Shown here: in pieces, positions 27,441 through 39,367 of the stretch | Numbering within the stretch: position 1 is the first letter of the stretch | Layout: each line of letters begins with the position of its first letter | Source: the human T2T-CHM13v2.0 reference genome, Homo sapiens | DNA: 64,000 nucleotides | Reading direction: 5' to 3' (one strand) | NCBI RefSeq assembly: GCF_009914755.1 | Contig: NC_060931.1 | The notes under the pieces: model-generated | Database searches by the model: none | Told to the model about the DNA's origin: nothing | What the model saw: only the letters and a program-made list of their open reading frames with translations | Position numbers and translations under genes: made by a program

Positions 27441-28488
27441 GGGCACCCTCAATCCTGCTGCTGGATCATCTGGTTAGTGGCTTCTGACTCAGAGGACCTT
27501 CATCCCCTGGGGCAGTGGGCCTTCCAGTGATTCCCTTGACATAGGGGTACGGACAAGGGGGCAGCTTATTGCTATTTGGACGATCTTTTTAAAGTGTCCT
27601 TGTGTACTGCACTGGAAGCAAGCCCTATCAGGCATTCAATTTGCCCAGGCTTTCCCTGTTCCAGAGCCTCCAAAGTCTGCTTGCCTGAAGGCCCTGACTA
27701 AAGTGGTGGCCTTTTTTTTTTTTTTTTAATCCTGTGTTGTCCTGTTCTGCCTGCTCCTCTTGATCTCTATTATAAAAAAACTGAGGTTGCCAAGTTCAAT
27801 AGGGTTTCTAAGTTTTGCTCCAGGCCTAAGGCGGACTTTTGAAGTTTGTTTCTAATGTCTGCAGCTGACTGAGTGATAAGCTTATCCTTTAAGATTAGTT
27901 GGCCTTCAATAGAGTCAGGTGACAGAGAGGTATGCTTCCTCAATGCCTACCTTAGTCTCTCCAGAAAGGCAGTAGGATTTTCTTCCTTTCCTTGTGTTAT
28001 AGTGGACATCATTGAATAACTTACAGGCTTCTTCCTAGTTTTCCTAAGTCCTTCTAGCATGCAAGTTAGCAAATGTCTGTGGCACCAATCTCCATGTTCT
28101 GATTCTGTGTCCCAGTGAGGGTCTACACTGGGAACTGCCTGCTGGCCTGTGGGGAATTGTTCTCTTTCCTCTGTCGTCATCCTATCATTGACCTGACCGA
28201 GATACCAGAGATCGTCAAACTCTCGGGCTGCAGTTATGGCGGCACTTCTCTCATTTGGGGTTAGTGTCTGATCTAGTAGTAACATTATATCTCTCCATGT
28301 CAGATCAAAGGATTTTCCTAACCCTTGTAAAATATCAATATAGCCATCAGGGTTATCTGAGAATTTACCTAGGTCTATTTTAATTCGCTTCAAGTCTGAG
28401 AGGGAAAAAGGTACATACACTCTGACTAGGCCAAATTCTCCAGAATACATCTTAGGGGTGTTTTTGCCTTGGGGGGAACGTTTACCAT
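27441..28488 (-). pseudogene. HERV-W gag remnant (capsid and nucleocapsid; most of the N-terminal region deleted)
   Basis: ATG at 28488; ORF 27947-28450 VYVPFSLSDLKRIKIDLGKFSDNPDGYID...ITQGKEENPTAFLERLR (major homology region); CFQCxxQGH zinc knuckle near 27590-27622. Confidence 0.92.
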
Positions 28489-28576
28489 CTGAAAAAAGAA
28501 CATAGGGATGCCAGCAACCCTAGTCATTTTCTGATGAGCATTAGTCCTAGAGCGTCCTCTATGGTCCTAATGCTTA

Positions 28577-28941
28577 TTCCTTTCCAGGGTGCATAACCAC
28601 CCATGGACCTCTGCTTATCTGATTAGTTACGCTCACCAATGTAGCAGTCCTGCACCTGTTTTCCCGCCTTTCTTGACCACAGAGAAAGGGGTCCGGGCTG
28701 CTGGATTCTAGTGGTCCTTTACCAGCGTGCCCAACATTGCCTTTGTGCTCGGGCGTGAGTTCCTTTCCAGGATGTGTAACCACCCATGGACCTCTGCTTA
28801 TTGGATTAGTTACGCTCACTGATGTAGCAGTCCTGCACCTGTTTTCCCATCTTTCTTGACCACAAGGAAAGGGGTCCAGGTTGCTGGATTCTAGTGGTCC
28901 TTTACCAGCTGCCCAATATTGCCTTTGCACTCAGGCGTGAG
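28577..28941. repeat. Two-copy ~183-bp tandem duplication in the HERV-W leader
   Basis: Units 28577-28759 and 28760-28941; about 18 differences by hand alignment. Confidence 0.95.
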
Positions 28942-29526
28942 TTCTAGAGAACTCTGGGCTGGGTTCCTGAGAATTTCATAACAACCCAGCTGCCCCACCA
29001 AGATGCATTCCCATAAACAACAGTTCCTATGCAAATTTGTTTCAGAGACGGTGTAGGTAACTTTTTGAGTGAGGATTGAGATAGAGTTCTTTGATTCTGT
29101 AAGTACTTTAAGGCTTGGCTGAGTGCAAACAGCTCGCAAGTTTGAGCAGACCAATTATTAGGCAATTTTCCTAACTCTGCTTCTACAAGAGTTTCCCTGT
29201 CAATTACTGAATACCCATTGTGGTTTTTTCCCTCAATCACCTGGGAGGAGCCATCTATCATCCTGTCCTGAAGGGAGTTCCTTCTAGGTCTGGTTGGACC
29301 TTTGTATGGTAATTAAGATTTAAATCCCTCATTAGGAAACCTGCTGGGTTAAGGGAATTTTCAGTGGTTAATGTTAAGTCACCTTTTTCTAACAGAATAG
29401 CCCCATACTTCAAGATTTTTGAGTTAGTAAGCTACCTTTTTGCTTTTTTTACTTAGGATAGTTCTGAACTGGTGAGGTGTGCTCACAAAGAGGTTTCCTC
29501 TAAAAGTTCTTTTTCTTTTTTTTAGC

Positions 29527-31375
<1,849 letters not shown>

Positions 31376-32705
31376 TTGTCTCGGCTTTCTAGCTACTGAT
31401 ACTAAACATTAGATGACCCTTAATGAGTGCTTTCTGGATGCCCTAGCTCCTTATTCCATTCACCTGGGGCAGTCTCTGTGGCTCTCAAACCCCTGTTAGC
31501 AGGGAACCCCTCTTCTCTTTGCGGCTCAAGGAGAAGAGACCCAGCAGGGAAAGCACAGAGGAAGATTGCCGTTCACACCACCCAACACTGGGGGCCCTGG
31601 CTTGGCCATCAGTGGGGAAGGTGTGATTGGAATCTGGCAAACCTCGCTCCAAGTCAGCGTGGCTTCCCGTCTGCCTCCCATAGCTTTTCGGGGAATTCCA
31701 GGAACTCCAAGTAACAAATGATGGCAAATGAGGAGCTGAAGTAACATAGCAACTGCAAATGTTATTAGTCAGGTGATCTGCAGAAGCCGGCTGCCATTCC
31801 AGGGCAGATTATGTTTATCCGAGTAAATACCAAGTCCTCATGACGATGGTTTGTGCAGCAGAGAATGAAGAAGCTCTATTGTTCCTGCCCAAGAGGACTT
31901 GGAGCAGTGGAAACTGGGGAATTTTTACTCCTTTTTAAAAATTCAAGATGCTTTTGAGTGTGCTCTGTGTGTGTGTGTGGTGTGTTTGTTTATTGAGACA
32001 CATTTAATGAGCAGTTCTGATTTTTTGGCCCATATCCTTTGTTATTTGGCGAAGAAGCTGGTGTAGCCAAATTAGCGCAGAAATGAGAGAAGGGCCCTGG
32101 GTTTTATTTCTGGTTCTACAATGAGCAAGCTGCGTAGCTTTGGACAAAGAATGTGTTTTCTCTGGGCTTTATAGTGAGGTGATTGTGGGAAGACTCAGGG
32201 ATGGTTAATGACTCATTCACACTGCAGCCTTCACATCTCCTTTCTGAGGAGTGGCAATGCTCTCTTTGGCTCACTCCTGAGAAAACTGAAACAGGAGACA
32301 AGGATGTCATGCTTTCTTAATGCCTTTCTTTGCCTGGGCTCTGGGGGACTCGCAGCCAGGGGCCACCCCTTACTTTCCTTGCCTGGCGATTGCCCTCCTG
32401 GGTAGCTGTAGGTCAGCAGATGCTCCTCCTTACCCAAGGGTCTGTCTTAGTTTCCTAAATTCTGCAATAGGGAGGGAAACGCACTATGTAGGGACACTTT
32501 AAAAATCCATTGTTTAATGTCATTTCTGACTGAGGAGATGCCTGGGTCAAATTTGACTCTAATACTACCTTATCGTTTTTGATGAGTCTATTCTTTCTTT
32601 TTTATGCCTTTCTTTGCCCCCAAGCTGCTCTGCTCTCTTTATAGGGCACCTCATTAAGGCAGGGCAGAATCCCTTACTTTTGATCTATCTCTTTATGGCT
32701 CAGAC

Positions 32706-32886
32706 CAGAGGTTGGCAAACTGCAGCCCTCAGGCCAAATTCTGCCTGGTGCCTTTTCTGGTAAATAAAGTTTTATTGGAGCACGGCCATGCTCATTCATT
32801 TTCATAGCTGCCACAGAGACAGTACAGCCTGCAAAGCCTAAAATACTTACTGTTTGGCTCTTTACAGGAAAAGTTTGCTAACCCTG
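32706..32886 (+). mobile_element. MER58A MITE
   Basis: cagaggttggcaaact...gtaaataaagttttattgga...aaaagtttgctaaccctg. Confidence 0.88.
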
Positions 32887-33264
32887 AGCTAGATCACTGC
32901 AGCATCCGCTCAAGCAATCTCTCTACCCTCCAGTACCTCTTTTGCACCATTAGCAATGTGATGGCTCAAAAACACACAACAAGTTATGTCACTCGGGAGC
33001 TTTAAAAACCTGCAGAGGCCCCTCATGTCCATTCTCATTAGATCCCATGCTCAACTATCTTGGGTGGCTTTCAAGACCTTTCCCAGAAAGAACAAACCTT
33101 CCCTTCCAACCTCCTTCTTTCTCAGTTGTTTCAACTCGTCTTGGCCATCCTGAGGATCCTTGATCTGTCCCCAAATAGTCCAAGCATATCTAGGCCCCAG
33201 GACCTGCTTCATTCAACAGATTTGCTCTGCCTGGTCCACCTTCTCCTGTCTTGCCTGGCAACAT

Positions 33265-33329
33265 CTTTCTTTCTCTTTCTTTCTTTTCTTTTCTTTTCTT
33301 TTCTTTTCTTTTCTTTCTTTCTTTCTTTC

Positions 33330-33371
<42 letters not shown>

Positions 33372-33584
33372 TTCCTTCCTTCCTTCCTTTCTTTCTCTTT
33401 CTTTCTTCCTTTCTTTCCTTCCTTCCTTCCTTTTTCTTTCTTTTTCTTTTCCTTCTTTCCTTCCTTCCTTTCTGTCTTTTCTCCTTCGTTCCTTCCTTGC
33501 TCTCTCTTCCTTCCTTCCTTCCTTCCTTCCTTCCTTCCTTCCTTCCTTTCTTTCTTTCTTTCTTTCTTTCCTTCTTTCTTTCCT

Positions 33585-33659
<75 letters not shown>

Positions 33660-33692
33660 CCTTTCTCTCTCTTTCTCTATTTCTCTTTCTTT
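33265..33692 (+). repeat. Compound (TTTTC)/(TTTC)/(TTCC)n polypyrimidine tract, expanded Alu tail
   Basis: About 430 bp of almost pure C/T, directly at the tail of a reverse Alu. Confidence 0.98.
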
Positions 33693-33970
33693 CAGTCTCA
33701 CTCTGTTGCCCAGGCTGGAGTGTAGTGGTGCAATCTCAGCTCACTGCAACCTCCACCTCCTGGGTTCAAGAGATTCTCCTGCCTCAGCCTCCTGAGTAGC
33801 TGGGACTACCTGCATCCACCACCATGTCTGGCTAATTGTTTTTTGTAGTTTTAGCAGAGACAGGGTTTCACCACATTGGCCAGGCTGCTCTCGAACTCCT
33901 GACCTTGTGATCTGCCCGCCTTGGTCCCCCAAAGTGCTGGGATTACAGGGGTGAGCCATTGCACCCAGCC
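33693..33970 (-). mobile_element. AluS SINE
   Basis: Reverse Alu dimer, ctcctgaccttgtgatctgcccgcc. Confidence 0.95.
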
Positions 33971-35682
33971 CATAGTCATACTTTCAAAACCCATGGTTGA
34001 AACGTGACCTCCTTAAAATACCTCTGGGTTATTTTCTACTCTAATATCCAGATGAACTGACCAAGACAGAGGCAAACAGGTGAGAAGCAGGTGAAACTTC
34101 CGGGCACTCGGGTGCATAAAGTCCTCCGGGAGAGAAGAAGGAAGAGGTGGCCAAGTTTGAAAAGGGTGGTTGTGGCTTAACAATGGAAGTGCCCTTGGGG
34201 GGCAAATAGGGAAGACCACTGAGGCCATCGATGGGACCTCATTCATCAGTCCACTGCCTTCCTGAGAGTGAGTCTGTCCACACCTGTCCTGCCTCCTTCC
34301 TGAGTTTAGAGGACTAAGCCCTTCTTCCATACCAAGGCTAGTTCTGTACCTGTGCCCCCTTAACCCTTCCTTGCATGTGTGGTCTTAGTGTGTGCCCAGC
34401 ACCGAAGAAGTGCTTGCTCTATGCTCCCTGTAGCAGCAGTGACAACAATCAACATGTGACAATACCTTTCTTATTCCAATGCTCAGCGGGTGTCTAGAGA
34501 AATCTCTTTCCTGATAAATCTGGCAAATCTGGCTTACCCTACAGATTTCATTCTGTTCCTGTAAAGCCCCAGCCCACCCGGAAGCCCCCACTTTGGCGCT
34601 CCTGGGCTTGGATCCCGCTGTGAGGCCGGGGGCAGGTGATCATGGCAGGCGGTAGGACTCCTCTCACTCTCTGCCCCAGACCCCGCCTGGGAGCCTCTGC
34701 CGCCCTCTCCTGCTCCAGCAGGCAAGGCCAGGAAGCCGGGAGTGCTTGCTGTCAATATCACATGTGGAGCTGCTTGTGGCCGGCCAGGACTCTCAAAGCC
34801 CAGCCTCCCAGGTCAGGCGTGGGCTCCTCCTACTCCTCGTCACTGTCTAGCTGGAAATTTTGTCTCAGCCTCCCCTCGTCTGGGGGCTGGTTGTGGGCCA
34901 GGAACCCCCTCTTTCATGGACAGGTTTTAAAGCTGAAATTCGACCGGAAAGGGCTGAGATCAGGAATCTCCCGCAGCCTCAGGCAGGGCTAAGGCAGGAA
35001 GATCTCATTAACACCTTTCCACAAAGGGGAAAAATAATATTTCAGCTTGTTCCCTTTGTGTCTTCAAGCGGTGATAAGGTGCCACCAAAGTGCCAGTCTG
35101 AGCTGCGTTCAAATGAAGGATGATTCTGATAAGATGGAGAGGAGAGATGTTCGGGGAGGGGGCTGCTCAGGGAGGGGGGTGCGCGCTGGCTTAAGGTTAT
35201 TAAACAGGAAATGCCTGGCCGTGGCGGATCAAGGGGAAATTACACATTCTGTCACATTTGCTTATTGAATCCTAGTTCTATTGAAGCTTGGAAGGGGGAA
35301 AAATAACGCCATCCCCATCAACCTCCTTGTAGCTCTTATTAGATTTCACAACCTTTCAATATTAAAATGCTAGTGCCGGTGGCAAAATTCCTTGTCAGTT
35401 TTTAATATCAGTAAGGGATTGTGGTATTAGGTTTAAGGGGGATGGAGGTGAGAGTGGGGAGGGTAGGCAGACAGTCTGCAGGATCCCCGGCGCCCGAGGC
35501 CTCAGCTGTCTTTGCTTCTCAGGGCCCGTTGCAGGCTCGGGTCCTCCTGCTTAGTGCGGAAAACTGCTGCGAAGTGGGTGACAATCTCAGGGGGACTGCA
35601 CGCCCCTCCCACCTTCACAGTGCATGTCACTGTACCCCATACTCAGGTTTAGCCTGCACCTAAACACTGTCGTCAGGTTCTA

Positions 35683-36497
35683 TACAAGTTTCCCAGGGCC
35701 GCTATAGCAAAGTTCCACAAACTAGGTGGCTGAAAGCAACAGACATTTATTCTCTTGCAGTGCTGGAGGCCAGAAGTCTGGAATCAAGGTGCTCCCTCTG
35801 AAACCAGTAGGGGAGGATCCTTCTTTGCCTCTTCCCCAGCTTCTGGGGTTTGCTGGCAATCCTCTGTGTTTCTTGGCTTGTAGACATCACCCCAATCCCC
35901 AGGGAGGCAGAGATTGCATCTCCCCAATCTCTGCCTTTCTCATCCAATGCCGTTTTCTGTGTGTCTCTTCTTTTCTTATAAGGACACCAGTTGTGTTGGA
36001 GTAAGAGTCTATCCTACTCCAGTATGACCTCATCTTAACCCATTACATCTGCAATGGCCCTATTTTCTTTTATTTGTTTGTTTGTTTGTTTGTTTATTTA
36101 TTTATTTATTTATTTATTTATTTTTCGAGACAGAGTCTTGCTCTGTCACCCGGGCTGGAGTGCAGTGGCGTGATCTCGGTTCACTGCAACCTCTGCCTCC
36201 TGGGTTCAAGCTTGTAATGTCTCAGCCTCCCGAGTAGCTGGGACTACAGGCGTGCACCACCATGCCTAGCTAATTTTTGCATATTTAGTAGAGACGAGAT
36301 TTCACCGTATTGGTCAGGCTGGTCTTGAACTTCTGACCTCAGGTGATCCGCCTGCCTCGGTCTCCCAAAGTGCTGGGATTTCAGGCATAAGCCACCACGC
36401 CCAGCCCCTATTTTCAAATAAGGTCACATTCCGAGGTCCTGGGGGTGAAGATGTCAACATCTGCATCTTTTTAGGGGACACAATTCAATTCATAACA
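35683..36497 (-). mobile_element. MLT1B/C MaLR LTR interrupted by an Alu
   Basis: ccacaaactaggtggctgaaagcaacagacatttattctc...tccagtatgacctcatcttaac...ggggacacaattcaattcataaca. Confidence 0.9.
36067..36406 (-). mobile_element. AluSx-like SINE with (TTTG)/(TTTA)n tail
   Basis: Reverse Alu; TSD ccctatttt. Confidence 0.95.
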
Positions 36498-36499
36498 GG

Positions 36500-36890
36500 T
36501 GTCTTAGTTTAAATCCTCCCCACCTCAAACCAACCCTGAGACAAGGATTTCGGTGCAAGGAGTTTGGGCGGTGATTCCAGGATGAGGAAGTAGGGGAAGT
36601 GAGACCAGCAAGGGAGAAGGGACAATGAAGAGTAGAGTCAGTCCCTCTCCTGGGGCTTTGTTTATCTGGAACCCTCTGAGGGGCTGTGGGAGCAACACTA
36701 GGAATTGTATTCCCGAGGGCAAGGCGGTGGGTGTTTTTCCCTCAGTTGAGGGTTGCCCAGAGCATGAACTCCATGGTGCTCCATCTTTCTCAAAAGGAGC
36801 CCAGCTAGCTTCTGCAGCCAGAGAATGATCTCAGCAGAGCGAGGTAGGAGACCACTGGCTGTACACAAATGGTCTTTAGGGGCCCCGGGG
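36500..36890 (-). mobile_element. LTR16-like ERVL LTR
   Basis: accctgagacaaggatttcggtgcaag...ggggaagtgagac resembles reverse LTR16. Confidence 0.6.
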
Positions 36891-39325
36891 TAGGAGAAAA
36901 GTCTGTGGACAGGGAAGACGTTGGCAGCATCTGCTACACTCGGAGATCAAAAGAGCCTGGGCCAGAGTTTCCAGATGTAAGCATGCCAGCCTTCTGTCCT
37001 GCTGGCAGGAGTGGGCCCTTCTCCGGGTCACTGTGACGAGGCCCCTGATCCACAATTTATCAGACTTGCCCCTCTGTGGCTGAGTTGCTTCCTGGTCTCC
37101 TGTCAGATAACCGGTTCTTTCAGGCTGGGGGTTCTGTCTCGACTCCCACTTTCTCCTTCCTGAGCACAGCAGTCCTGTTTCCAACCCCTGACCTTAGAGT
37201 GTTGGTCACGCTACCTTGGTCCAGCCCAGTCGCGGAGGGCCTTATCTTGACCCAGAATAGGATGGGCTCTCAGCAGCTTGCCATCACACAGCTTATCTCC
37301 TGCCCTTTCTGCCTTGCAGTGACCCCCATCTCTTCTCCTCACCCACTTGGTGAGCTCAGCCATTTAGGGATTTGGGAGAGTAGGATGCTAAAATCACAGG
37401 GGAGACTTTAAGCTGCATGTTTTTAGAAATCAGCCCAGGAGAGGGGAGAGACCTTTCTGGGCAGATGGCTTCCCAGCTAGCAGACCAGGACACCAGGAGG
37501 CAGGGCCTGCCCTGGACCCCTGACTACTTACTGTTCCCTAAAATGGCGCTGCTCCAGGCCCCTCCCCACTGCCCTGCTACCCACAGGCCTGAGGATGTTT
37601 GAGAGCCTCAGGCAATGTGCACCCCCTCCGAAATGATTCTCGAGACCTTAACTGTCCTGCCCTCTGGAGCTGAGCTTTTTCTCGGAGTCACATTTCTCTG
37701 CTAGTTTCTGTCCTAGTCCATTCATATGCAGAATACCCCACAGCCATCATGAAGTCCATGTGCAAAGCATGAACAAAGCCACAAGGTCTTCATAAACAGT
37801 GGGGCACTGGCATGGGTCATGTGGGTCCCACCTTCCGCCATCTTTGGGGTTATTCAAGGGGGAAGATGGAGGCAAAGGGATCCAAGATGAGCCCAACAAG
37901 AGGGTGGAGGGGCATGGCCAGACACGGGAAGCACCAAGGGCTAGAGTCTAGAGCCCTAGGTTCTAGTCCTTCCTCTGCAGCGTTGTTTCATTTCATTTTA
38001 TAATTTGTTTATTAACCTCCTTGTTGTGCCTCAGTTTTCTCTTTGGCCAGACGAGGTCCACCATGTCCCAGGTTTGCTGTGACAATAAAACAAGATAATG
38101 CCCCTCCTCAGGAAAGTGGTCCTTCTTGACATGCTCATGTGAAACAGTTATTGTGAAGTTGATAATGGGATGGGAAATGGACCTTTTGGAAGAAAGCTGT
38201 GGCAGGTGAGTGATCTGGGCGCCTGGTGTGGCTGTATCAAGCCTCTGAGGATCTACGAGGTTTTGTGACAGGTAGAGGGAGGTCCGGGTGTGGTGGGGCT
38301 CAAAGCTGGGTTAGGGGGAGGCTCTGCCTCCTGATCGCAGGTGGCCTGTCTGTTCACCCTGCTGATTGTCTGCCTTTGCTGAACTCTCTACTCTTCCTGC
38401 CGCTTCTGCCACTGGGGAGGGCTCCAGGCACCTCCCTCTCCACTCCCAGGGAAATAGACACACGGCACATCAATCATCCCTTTCTTTCCATCTCAGGTGA
38501 AGACACAGCCTCCCACATTCAGAACAATCTCTGTGTGCTCAAATTAATGAATTTTAGGCTGGAGCAGAAGCCGACTGTGGAAGGATCCTCTGGGAACATA
38601 GCATTGTGAGATGGGGTAGGGACGCAGGGATGGCCCAGTGCTGATTTTTTAATTTCCTTTCTGAGAAATGGGGAGAAGCCTATGGCGGCACGTCTGCTTT
38701 GACCTCAGCATCTCATGCAGGTCTTCTATATTTCAGTGCCAGTGGAGACTCATCCATCTAAATTCGCTCAAATTGATGGAACTGATTTACACTGGGTCTC
38801 TTTTTGATACATAATTTTAGCTTCAGTGTCAACTTGAAAAACTGTGCTTTGGAGACAGATGTGAGACATCACCCTTAGTCTCCTGCTGAACAAATTGCTC
38901 AGAGCTGAGTGGGGCTAAGTGCAGGGGTGAGTGAAGCTCGCTTGCTTGGGGCCATCTTGAGGAGCCCCTGCGTGGGACTTGAACTACAGCCTTCTCCTCA
39001 TGGGACTGTCTGACCTGCCAGGGGCATGTACAAGTCAGCTGTAACTTGTATGATAACTATTTGCCTGCATGTCTGACTCCCCACTGGCGGTGAGCTCCTC
39101 CGGGGTTGGACCTCAGCCTTCTTTGTGTCCTGGGAACCCTGCACACGTCCAGCCTGTAGTCAGCTCTACACATATGTGAAGTCAAACCCTGCCTGTCGGC
39201 CCTGGAAACTGGAGGCCCCGTGGAGAACCTGGGGGGAAGCCAGGTTGACAGCTGAGCAGCTCTCCCAGGAGCAGCCTTATAAATCTGTTCTCATTAGCAG
39301 GAGCCCCAGGGGGAGGGGAGGAGAA

Positions 39326-39328
<3 letters not shown>

Positions 39329-39366
<38 letters not shown>
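39329..39366 (+). repeat. (GT)19 microsatellite
   Basis: Read directly. Confidence 0.98.

Positions 39367-39367
<1 letters not shown>

Larger units (their letters stand above)
26203..29526 (-). mobile_element. HERV-W (HERV17) internal region, multiply deleted and 5'-truncated
   Basis: Colinear pre-gag, gag, pro, RNase H/integrase and env-tail relics upstream of LTR17. Confidence 0.95.

Noticed and set aside
33060-33799. Four long ORFs (162-221 aa) rich in F/S/L or K/E/R
   Set aside because: Translations of the TTTC/TTCC tract plus Alu; low complexity lacks stop codons
34560-35600. CpG island or gene promoter
   Set aside because: CpGs are only modestly enriched (about 14 in 35141-35600 by hand count); no supported downstream exon
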